Assembly: GCA_973895155.1 (NCBI GenBank) | Contig: OZ316897.1 | Span: 770,515-834,514 of the forward strand | Length of the DNA: 64,000 nucleotides | Reading direction: 5' to 3' | DNA from: Marsupella aquatica | Lineage: Eukaryota; Plantae; Marchantiophyta | Shown here: in pieces, positions 38,454 through 48,182 of the stretch | How positions within the stretch are numbered: the first letter of the stretch is position 1 | Layout: each line of letters opens with the position of its first letter | The notes under the pieces: model-generated | What the model saw: only the letters and a program-made list of their open reading frames with translations | What the model was told of the DNA's origin: nothing | Database searches by the model: none | Made by a program: the position numbers and the translations under genes

Positions 38454-39107
38454 ATGGATCCTAGTGCAGGCGGACGTGAGATGGTGATTGATAGGACACA
38501 AGAAAGGCTTACATCGGAATTGCAGACGCTTCTTGCTAGTAAAGAACAAGACCGTGCTCGCATCTGGAATCTCCCCTCCTCTCGTTATCCCCTACGATGT
38601 CGCCCTCCAGCCGGTAACTTGATTCCGGGATTGCCTGATGATCTTGTGGAGTTGCACATATGGCCCCGGATCCGATCAATGTTGGAAGATGTTGTGCTTG
38701 TGGATGCTCCAATGAGGAATATGTGCCTGATGGTGCGGTATGTTGCGCATATCAACAGGAAATGGAGATATTTGATAACAAACTCCATAGCATGGGCTGC
38801 AATGACTACTGCTGTGATATTTTGTGCCACAAGATGGCCTGAATTGACACCTCACTTCTTTCGTGAGTCAATGAGAGCGTTCCCACCGATTGATGTTTGG
38901 GCTCGGTTGGCTGATGATATCTTAAATGAGAGGATTGATTCCTGGTTATTATGTGATTCGGAGGAAGCGGACTGTTATCTGTCGATATATGGTGTTCAGC
39001 AAGAACGAGTAGATGCTTGGAAAAGGACTCGTCTTGATAATTGGTACACTGAGCAGGTTCAGGAAAGACTTGATCAAGGTGTAAGTGTCAATCGTGACAA
39101 CTTTTAG
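38454..39107 (+). CDS. F-box-like protein 1 (cargo of B)
   Basis: LIPGLPDDLVELHIWPRI..VAHINRKWRYLI; ATG at 38454, 3 bp outside the right TIR of C. Confidence 0.65.
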   Translation: MDPSAGGREMVIDRTQERLTSELQTLLASKEQDRARIWNLPSSRYPLRCRPPAGNLIPGLPDDLVELHIWPRIRSMLEDVVLVDAPMRNMCLMVRYVAHINRKWRYLITNSIAWAAMTTAVIFCATRWPELTPHFFRESMRAFPPIDVWARLADDILNERIDSWLLCDSEEADCYLSIYGVQQERVDAWKRTRLDNWYTEQVQERLDQGVSVNRDNF

Positions 39108-39257
39108 GTGCACTTCATGTCATTATCGGTTTAGTGTATAGAATACGCAGGAGTACGCCACACCTGGTTCAGATTTAGAGATCATGGACTAATTTTGTAC
39201 GACTTTTTTGAGTAATAAATACTTGGCGACATGAGATCCTTCCTATCTTTCACTATC

Positions 39258-39561
39258 AATTCTCGGCGAGGGTCTTTGACATTTGGACCATTTAGGGTTT
39301 ACCCTAAACCCTAAACCCTAAACACGTACCCCCTATACTGGGCCGTAAATCCTAGACCCTTGCGTACTTCCCTTGAGTACTTTCTTGTTTGGTCCGTTAA
39401 CAAGATGTACGTTGTCAAGTATAGTTGGGATGTCCCGTATCCATGACATAGTTTTGTGCGGTGCGGTACGTGCGATACGTGCTCCCTTCTTCCTTACTCT
39501 TCCTCTTCCTCTTCACTCTTTGTTAGGGTTTTCAACGTCCTTCTCACTTATCCCTGCGCTT
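39258..39561 (+). promoter_or_regulatory. Second (inverted) copy of the B promoter module, upstream of F-box-like gene 2
   Basis: Aligns to the reverse complement of 18135-18570; contains (CCCTAAA)3 telo-boxes. Confidence 0.6.
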
Positions 39562-39895
39562 GGTTGAATTTCTACACTTTGACATTCATCACACTGGGCA
39601 GAAATGACATCGCTGTTCATTTCTTAGGGAGAGCCTCCCCACGAAGGCAGACGTTCTACGCCCATTGCACGACCGGCGCGCAGCCCCTACAGGGTCAAGA
39701 TCAACCCGCAGACTTCGCAGGTGGAGACCGTCGAAACCAATATGTCAATGTCGTTGTCATTATAAAGAGGAGGGCATTTTCTCTATTCTTCATCCGCTTG
39801 TTCGGTTGGTTGGTTGTTGTGTTCAATCTGTTGGGTGTCATCTTCATCTCACGGGTGCTTCAAGCGGCTAAACTTGCTTCAAGCGGCTCTCCAAC

Positions 39896-40636
39896 ATGGA
39901 AGGATCATACACGAAGAGGTGTTATCATGAAAAGTGCGCTACACGCCTTGATAAGTTTACGGCGACAATTACTGAGCTGAAATTGAAAGCTGATTTTGAT
40001 CGGCTCTCAATATGGGGGACTGTTGGGGAGCCTATTCCGGAGGAAGCAGAAGAAGCAAAAAGGCAGAGTCTCATCCCTGGCCTCTCGGATATGCTGACAG
40101 AGGGACATGTTTGGCCTCTACTTAGAAATGCATTTGAGTCTGCAAATGCACATGGCACTGATGATGATGCTACCTTCAAGACGATCGACAACATGCGCAT
40201 ATTGTCCAGAGTTAGTAGGAAATGGAGATTCCTCGTGACTCACTCCAAGGGATGGGCAGCGTTAAAAGTGGTGAAGGACATCATTGAAAACATGGACGAC
40301 AACCGACATTGGAATTGTCACTCAACCGCGTGTACGTTCCGTGTTCTCTTACGACAAATTCCGCCTATTGATGCCCTCTCTATGATGTCAGTTACATCAC
40401 TCAAGTCTTGGGTGGCAAACTACGTCTGGAGGACGGAGATATATGAGAGGGATCTGTATGATAAGTTCTTCGATGGAGATGTGCTAGGAAGAGTCCAGGA
40501 CTGGGTGGAGAACAGGTTAACCCCAATCTTATGGTGTGACAATGTAAAAAATTATCGAGCAACAATCCGGACAGTGGCTACGGGCTTTATTCTAGTGATA
40601 TTTGACTGTGAAGGCACAGGAGGTCATCGCAGATAG
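39896..40636 (+). CDS. F-box-like protein 2 (cargo of B), paralog of 38454-39107
   Basis: LIPGLSDMLTEGHVWPLL..LSRVSRKWRFLV..WAA..PPID; both genes share the downstream segment atcatggactaattttgtacgac. Confidence 0.65.
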   Translation: MEGSYTKRCYHEKCATRLDKFTATITELKLKADFDRLSIWGTVGEPIPEEAEEAKRQSLIPGLSDMLTEGHVWPLLRNAFESANAHGTDDDATFKTIDNMRILSRVSRKWRFLVTHSKGWAALKVVKDIIENMDDNRHWNCHSTACTFRVLLRQIPPIDALSMMSVTSLKSWVANYVWRTEIYERDLYDKFFDGDVLGRVQDWVENRLTPILWCDNVKNYRATIRTVATGFILVIFDCEGTGGHRR

Positions 40637-40904
40637 CATTGTCGATAGGGTCCACTGGCCACTAGGTCATGTCATGACTTGAACTCATCACGTAGTAATG
40701 AGGTCAGGGGTAGCATCATGGACTAATTTTGTACGACATTTTTCAATAATAAAAAAGCTTACATTATCGTACTATTGGTGTGGTCTTTTTTCCCTCCCGG
40801 CGGCCTCGCCGATATCCAAACGGCACCGTTGGAATTTGGCGAGGGTCTCCAAGATGTAGTGTTCGTGAACGCTACTCACCTTGGAGATATTCGCCATTTG
40901 TCGG

Positions 40905-41630
40905 ATCTGAGCGACCCTCGCCAAAATGGCACTCAAACCGGATGTCAGCGACCCTTGCCGAAATGGCACTGAAACCGGATGTTAGCGACCCTCGCCAGAA
41001 TGGGACTAAAACCAGATGTCAGCGACCCTCGCCGAAATGGCACTGAAACTGGATGTCAACGACCCTCGCTGGAATGGCACTAAAACCGGATGTCAACAAC
41101 CCTCGCCGAAATGGCATTGAAACCGGATGTCAGCGACCCTCGCCGGAATGGCACTGAAACCGGATGTCAGCAACCCTCACCGGAATGGGACTGAAACCAG
41201 ATGTCAGCGACCCTCACCGAAATGGCACTGAAACCGGATGTCAGCGACCCTTGCCGGAATGGCACTAAAACCGGATGTCAGCGACCCTCGCTGGAATGGC
41301 ACTAAAACCGGATGTCAACGATCCTCGCCGAAATGGCACTGAAACCGGATGTCAGCGACCCTCGCCGAAATGGCACTGAACCTGGATGTCAGCGATCCTC
41401 GCCGAAATGGCACTGAAACCGGATATCAGCGACCCTCGCCGGAATGGGACTGAAACCAGATGTCAGCGACCCTCGCCGAAATGGCACTGAAACCGGATGT
41501 CAGCGACCCTCGCCGGAATGGCACTAAAACCGGATGTCAACGACCCTCGCCGAAATGGCACTGAAACCGGATGTCAGCGACCCTCACCGAAATGGCACTG
41601 AAACCGGATGTAGTGACCCTCACCAGAATG
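40905..41630. repeat. 37-bp tandem repeat (~19-20 copies), one B palindrome per unit
   Basis: Unit gaccctcgccgaaatggcactgaaaccggatgtcagc, with no unique spacers. Confidence 0.95.
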
Positions 41631-42170
41631 GAACTTCGCAGGAATGGAACTTCGTCGGAATGGAACTTCCCAACCGGATGTCTGCGATCCTCGCCGAAAT
41701 CGCACTTACCAAGGAAAAGTAAGAAACTGGATCTTAGAGACCCTCGCCGAAATGGAACTTAGGATCATAATTTTGACCGTTGCCGAGTGAGAGAACCACC
41801 AGATCTCGGAGACCCTCTCCGAGATCTACTTACACCCTAAACTCTTTGTCGTCAAACTAACAAAGAAGTCGCTGGCCTCTGATCTCAGAGATCCTCGCCA
41901 AAATGGGATTACGTAGTAACTGTGGAATCATACGCTCATACAGTGCCAAAAACTAATCCTGACAGTCGACCGTTGCAGGTCAAATCAACATTAACTCATT
42001 TGTTGGCCAAACCTGGAGTGTGTGTGAAAAGACATGTACCCGTTATTACGAGCGGACGTTGTTGTCCCTTCAACCGTCTAGGGATAGGATACCAATAATT
42101 GCTGGATTTTTAGTGACAATGATGATGATTGTCTTGTACGTTGCAGGTCACCACAACACGGACTAGATAG

Positions 42171-43049
42171 ATGGAGGTGAAGGCAATATGGCAGCGCGGT
42201 GCGCCCTACAATTTTTCACCTTCTTTCTCATCAGGGCAGAGCACCATGGCCAGAGTGGAGTCTGTGATCGGTGTCCAAGACAGGCACACACCCACTGTCT
42301 CTGCCGTTTTGGACGTCGTCCCGCAGAAGAGGAAACGAGGTCGGCCAAGGAAGCATCCCATCGTAATGTCGATAGCGTTACCTGATAATGAGGCTCTTCG
42401 GCTCTTGACAGAGAAGAGGAAACGAGGTCGGCCGAGGAAGCATCCCATCGTAATGTCGATCGCGTTACCTGATAATGAAGCTCCTCGGCTCTTGACAAAG
42501 AAGAGGAAACGAGGTCGGCCGAGGAAGCATCCCATTGTAATGTCGATCGCGTTACCTGATAATGAAGCTCCTCGGCTCTTGGCAAAGAAGAGGAAATGAG
42601 GTCAGCCCAGGAAGCATCCTATTGCAATGGCTACCACACTGCCAGACGGTGATGGTGAAGCTCCTCGTCTGTTGAGATCTACAGATAATCGCAAGGCTGT
42701 TGGTGATGCAAACAGAATGAACGAGACGTTGAAGATGCCCGTAGATGGTGCAACTAAGTTCCGCGGTCGTGACAACACAACCAGCCACAAGGACTCGCCT
42801 AGTGCCGAGTGTTCGAAATATGCTGATGTTGACTTCGTGTTTGCTAAAGAGTTGCTGAAGAGTTTGGGTGCAGAGATTGCGGACAGCAAGTCAGACTTCC
42901 AGAAGCTTATGAGCCTTCATGTAGATGTGCAGGCTAGGCTATCTGAGATGTGTGACAACGTCCAGAATCTATGGGTAAAAATGAATGACCTCCTCTCGGC
43001 AAGAGCTGAATTGGGGGCGTTCACTGGAGTGAATGTACAAAAAACATGA
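42171..43049 (+). pseudogene. AT-hook repeat + coiled-coil protein (cargo of B), premature stop in the fourth repeat
   Basis: KRKRGRPRKHPIVMSIALPDNEA repeated with an 87-bp period. The fourth copy has CGA>TGA at 42597; the frame continues as ORF 42627-43049. Confidence 0.75.
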
Positions 43050-43860
43050 ATTTCGTGTACACATTTACTTGTAGGAAATAGCGGAACGTTGTAGCCTCAA
43101 AGTTTTGATACATTTTGGTAGTTACTGAATCGTTCGTCGGTAATGATTTTATGGAGTGTCAAATTAAACTGGACGATGATAGTAGAAATCCGTCTAATCG
43201 GCTGTGTAATCCAGATCTTATGAAACATTTTGTGCAGATTAGGCAGCTTAGTTATACATTACTGAATCTGTCGTGGTAAAGTCGGCGACCCTCGCCGAGA
43301 GCATTTCCTCGGCTTGACAAGTAGGAGTAGCAGTCTCTTGACGATATCTTCTCGGCGAGCATCGCCAAGGAATGACAATGAATTCATGCTACCTTTTCTT
43401 ATAAGCTCTCTTATTGGGCAAACATCTTGATCTTCTGGTGGTCGCAACTGATCCCAAGGATTCTACACTGCATCACAATTCTCGTTGATTACTTCTTTCA
43501 AGGCTGGCACCACCAGCAGCCTAGTAGTAGTATCTCGATGATGTCTTCTCGGCGAGCATCGCCGACAAATTACAATATATGGGTTGTAAAATGTTTTTCT
43601 AGTAAACATCATGTCGACCTTATGTCGGCGACCTCTTTGACATTCTGGCTATGGTCGCCTAAAACTGTACGGACACCGCCTTTATGCTTATTGCTTTGCG
43701 TTTCAAGACCGTAAACCCTGAATCAGAGATGTTTGCGAGTTTGCCGAGATCCCTGGGCCAATCTGAGCACAGTCGCCGACATGCAGGTAAGTGTTAAGCG
43801 CGACGAGCAATGACTGATATCAGTTATCAGTCACTGATAACTGATGATGTACCTTTACTC

Positions 43861-44340
43861 CTCCTTTTCCAAGGAGTTCAGGTCCTTCTAAAGCAAGTGC
43901 ATGTCCTTGGTCAAGGAGTGTCACTCCTTTGTTAAGGAGTGTATGTCCTTTTTAAAGGACTGATGGTCCTTGACAAAGGAGCACTAGTCCTTTTGAAAGG
44001 ACAGTTGGTCCTTGACAAAGGAGCAATAGTCCTTTTGAAAGGACTTTCGGTCCTTGTAAAAGGAGTGTTACTCCTTTCCAAAGGACTGTTTGTTTAGGAG
44101 TGTTTGTCCTTTGGAAAGGAGTGCGTGTCTTTCTTAAAGTAGTAGACGTCTTCAAAAAAGGAGTCGAACAGGGAGTGCATGTCCTTAGAGAAGGAGTGAT
44201 TCTCCTTTTTTTGAGGAGTGGGTGTGATTCAAGTAATTTCTCCCTTCTGCAAACAAGTCCTTTCCTTGGTCAAATCCCGGGTCAAGTAGAGTATGTGCTT
44301 TGTAGTATTTGGATCTTGACTGTGTCCTTAAGGAGTGAAC
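43861..44340. repeat. Right half of AAGGAGT-N3-ACTCCTT palindrome array
   Basis: e.g. AAAGGAGT-GTT-ACTCCTTT at 44059-44077; continuous with 10550-10877 once B is removed. Confidence 0.8.
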
Positions 44341-44437
44341 TGTGAATGTGCCATTCAGTACTTCAATGATAGCATACGTGCAGCATAAGATTTTAGCAGT
44401 TTCTAAATACTTAGCCTCTCTGTTTGATTTGCTGCAG

Positions 44438-45052
44438 ATGGCCAAGAATGAGAAGTTTGTCACCCTCCATCCGGCCAAGATTGAATCCATGTGGGGACTT
44501 TGTGCTGGCTCTTATGTTTATGAAGGTTGTTCAAACCTGTTGAGTGATGGTAGACCCTGTGCTTTGGGCAAGCACAAGCAAAAATTGAGAAGGCAAGATG
44601 CAAACTCCCCAATGGGACCCCATTCACGAGGCAGAACCACACATGAGTGCTGTGTTGATGGGGCTGGTACACAGATGTACTGCTTTGCTGTGCAGATTGG
44701 CGATGAAGTGATTCAGTTTAATGAAGAGAATGGGGAGAAGCTAATGGGTGTGTCTGGTAAAGTTTTTAAGGACGAGCTTGATGGCTACCCTGACAAGATC
44801 AGGAGTGCATGTACTCAAGTAATGAGTACATTGTGGACTATTACTTATGTGAAAGACAAAGATGCCTGTCGAGCACTTGTTGTGGCTAGGTCTTTACAGT
44901 CAACTAGTGTTATTAAATGTGAGCCTAAAGTAGGACCTAGCCTCCTTGAGCCACATAGTAGTGTACATGTGATCATACCAAAGGAAGACAACAATCCTAA
45001 GTTTTTGAACTCGCTTAGCCGTAGTGACACTTCTCCGGTGAAAGCCCACTAG
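44438..45052 (+). CDS. RPA70 C-terminal-like OB-fold/Zn-ribbon protein (possible ssDNA-binding cargo)
   Basis: YVYEGC..C..C..YCFAVQIGD..FNEENGEKLMGVSG resembles the Y.AC..C..C..Y.....D....F....E.L.G pattern. ATG at 44438; frame continues past a TAG to 45142. Confidence 0.55.
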   Translation: MAKNEKFVTLHPAKIESMWGLCAGSYVYEGCSNLLSDGRPCALGKHKQKLRRQDANSPMGPHSRGRTTHECCVDGAGTQMYCFAVQIGDEVIQFNEENGEKLMGVSGKVFKDELDGYPDKIRSACTQVMSTLWTITYVKDKDACRALVVARSLQSTSVIKCEPKVGPSLLEPHSSVHVIIPKEDNNPKFLNSLSRSDTSPVKAH

Positions 45053-48000
45053 GGGCCGCTCAGTAGACTTAAGGATGCCTGTGTGAATTTTGGAGGGGAG
45101 CTATTTGAGTCCCTTAAATCTATGAAGATCACCTACGAGTAGTATAGTGAAGTAGTTAGACAAAGTTGGAACCAATTACACTTGGATGTTTACTCCGATC
45201 TTTGTAAAGACTCAAGAGCAATCATGAATATATTTTGAAGCGCGTATATTTTTCCCCACTCAAACGACTTTCCTGTGGGACATAAGTACTACCTTTTAGT
45301 AGCGGCTATTGAAGTAAGTTAGACAGTTTAACTCCACATTGGGATGCGCTTGACTTCAAAACCTCCACCTTCTAGTATACTGTGGGACATAGGTTGCATT
45401 TTTACTCTTGCAGTGGTAAGTAAATATTCAACTCCATCCCATCCCCGCAGGGCACATATAATGGATGACAACTCCAGCCTCCTTTCTCAGGGTTGTAGGT
45501 TTTGAGTTCTCTTAGGTTGGACTTTTCCAATATGAAATCTCTACTGTACATTGTCCTGCTCTTTCTGGATCTGGAACAGGTAGACAATGAGAATACTAAC
45601 CATTCTTAGAGCTGGGAAGTGGTCCCATTTGGAAGCGCATCAAACTCTTCCTTAGTCCTTATGAACCCCTGGGCCCCCACTCCTTTCTAATACGAGGAGG
45701 ACGTGAGAACCGTTCAAGGGTCATTTTTATCCCTTCGGCGGTAATTTTTATAATTTGCTTACAATTCCGCAACCTCCGCATATATACCGAAACCACTTTG
45801 TAATTTCGTAAGACCCCTTGAAATGACATCCTTCTTACTTTTGCAGAAGGGTAAATCAATAGGTAGCAACACACGGCATCATATTATTGGTACACGTGTC
45901 AAATTATAATTGGTACACGTGTATTATCCTTACAGTATCCATATCTCCTTCATAAATTAAAATGTTAATAGTGGCTATGCTAAGCTAGAAAAGTTTTGAA
46001 GGGAGGATTGGGGGTGATCCCGGGGGCGATGGGGGATGGACCGGGTGTGTGGAGTGGTGGGGGTTTTGGTGGGAAATTTAAGAAAACACATCGGGGATGA
46101 CTAAAACCGTTGGATTAGAGGGAGAGCGAATCAAAGCCATTGAATCGGCGATCCATGGCCTCGCCTATGTTATGAACCCTAAGGTTTAGGGTTTAGTTGT
46201 AAGATCATCACCGCCCGGGGTCAGCCCCCCCTCGTACCCCTGCTCCTCATTCTTCCTTTGCGCTCGGTCTCACCTCGCCTCGCGCTCCCGCTCGCGCTCC
46301 CGCTCGCGCTCCCTGATGCCTTGTGCTTGCTCCTGGCTCGTCTGCCATCGCTGCTCGGATGCCATCGCTGCTCGTCCACCATCATCGATCCTCTGCCATC
46401 GTTGCTCCTTGTCCGCCATTGCTGCTCCTTGTCCGCCATTGCTGCTTTGGCCTTGTCCACCATTGTTGATCCGCATCTGGCATTGTTGGCCCTTGTTTGC
46501 CTGTTCTTGCTCTTGCCCAGCATCGCTGAGTGCTCACTTTGAAGGTCCTTAGTTTGGAAGGTCTTCCCCGACATTGCGATTGTCAAGGTCGTCTCAATCT
46601 CACCCACTCAAATGCTCTGTGAACCTTCCACATTTTTGGCATGCATTGTTATCTCCCCGGTTATGTCTTCAATGTTCTCTGTGTTGCCTCAATGTTTCTT
46701 GGATTTGGCTATAACTGTGCCAACTTGCGAATTTGCACGCCACTGCATTGTGATCTGTAGGATTTACGTGCCTTTGACTGCCAATGCATTTGGCTGGATT
46801 TCAATGGATTGTTCTAAGTCATTGTGACTATCCTTAAGATCTTGATGCGATCGACATGAGTGACATTTCATTGGATTTGCAAACGCTGCCAGCTTGAGTG
46901 CTTCATTGTGGAGATGTTTTGCTTGCAGATCATTTTTGAGAAACCCAGTGATCGAAGGAGATAGTGAAAGCTTCAGTGTTGCGTGTTGACTCTTCTGGGA
47001 GTGGACACATCAATTGAGCACGGTAAGCCATCTGGTTTTCAACGTTGAGAGAGTTTTTCAATGGAAGGATGGATGTAGAGTTTACGTGCTTTTAGCTGAT
47101 GCCTGTGGGCCTTTTCAGATATCATCGAAGGATACCCCCTGGAAGGCTAAGGAGCGATCACCTTCCGGTTTGGTGCAACAAGGTAACCCTCTCCCTGCAT
47201 TAGATTGAACAAAACCCATGCGATGTAGTCCTGAATGTAGTGACAGTCCCTCAAGTGAACTGCATTTCTTGGTTGACGATATTGCATTCACTATCGCCAA
47301 ATGGCATTGCCTCAGATGTTGCAATTGCTCTCGAGTTCCTTTAGCAACCGTCTCTAGGACTTCTTAAGCTCTTAATTTTTGCGCTTAGGTTGAAGCGCTT
47401 GCCATCGCTCTCTTCTGATTCCTCCCCGGCTTCCTATGTCTTATTTATACTCACTAGGCACTACATTTAATAGTAGCATCAAAAGGGCCGCCCGAGCGCT
47501 GTTTTTGGAGCAATCTAACGGTAGGTGCTTCGCCCCCCCTTACAATATTTGAGTGTCACGTCCAACAAAAAAATTTATTCTGCTCTTGCCTTCTGCTATT
47601 GCCTTAGGTCTGCTCTCATACATAATCTTCCACCACTTTTTGGACTCCATTTGCAGCTCCTTCACTAGCTAGGGTGTTGGTCTGTAAGTAACGCTTTTCC
47701 TGGTTTGGTCGCAGACATTTGTAAGCAGCTGTAGTGATCATCCATCGGGCTTAGTTGAGCAGAGTGGAGGTTGGAAGATTCAGCTTTGAGGACCAGGGTC
47801 ATGACCAGAGGATCAGTGGACAAAGGAGACTGAGGTACGCACCAATCAGGAATGAACTTCCTTGGTCACTTGTATTGCGTCAAGGGTTAAGGCCACAAGG
47901 TATTCATTTGCAGTTTGTGCAGTTGAGTTTGATAAACAAATTTTAATCTAGGATGGCTACCATTGCCCAAAATTCTGCAGCAAACTTTAGGTGAATCATC

Positions 48001-48182
48001 AAGGCTGGGGAGAGGTGGATCTCAAGGAGCTTTCATTTAACAAATCCAAAGCTCCACACGAAGTTGTGGGCGCGGGAAGTTTTGTCGATTTCTAGAGGCC
48101 AAGTAAGTTAGCCAAATCCCTTAAACATTCGCTCTGTTTGCAATTTGTGATGCTCAATTTGTCCCTTTTTATAGTATAGTGA

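Larger units (their letters stand above)
10878..43860. mobile_element. Element B: 33-kb Mutator-like DNA transposon (~20 kb without nested element C) with multiple cargo genes
   Basis: Left end GGGGTCGTGTACTTCATCAGTTATCAATGA..ACTGATATCAGTC matches the reverse complement of the right end GAGTAAAGGTACATCATCAGTTATCAGTGA..ACTGATATCAGTC. A 9-bp direct repeat CTCCTTTTC flanks both ends (10869-10877, 43861-43869), the typical MULE TSD length. Internal MULE transposase; the B palindrome is confined to this span. Confidence 0.8.

Noticed and set aside
39292-39325. Telomere or chromosome-end signal (CCCTAAA repeats, also ~25230 and ~46180)
   Set aside because: Only 2-3 interstitial copies; better read as telo-box promoter motifs.
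18135-39561. The long inverted repeat as TIRs of a 21-kb element
   Set aside because: No TSD found; both copies point outward into genes; the B palindrome and better TIR/TSD ends extend well beyond it.
40905-41630. 37-bp repeats as a CRISPR array
   Set aside because: Units are head-to-tail with no unique spacers, no cas genes are present and the context is eukaryotic. The same applies to the 27-bp and 158-bp arrays.
44342-45142. Helitron, suggested by the RPA-like and Ulp1 genes
   Set aside because: No Rep/helicase ORF or convincing hairpin-CTRR end in the window.
45690-45835. Possible transposon terminus (TACGAGG.. with an imperfect internal inverted repeat)
   Set aside because: No partner end or TSD in the window, so it cannot be assigned.
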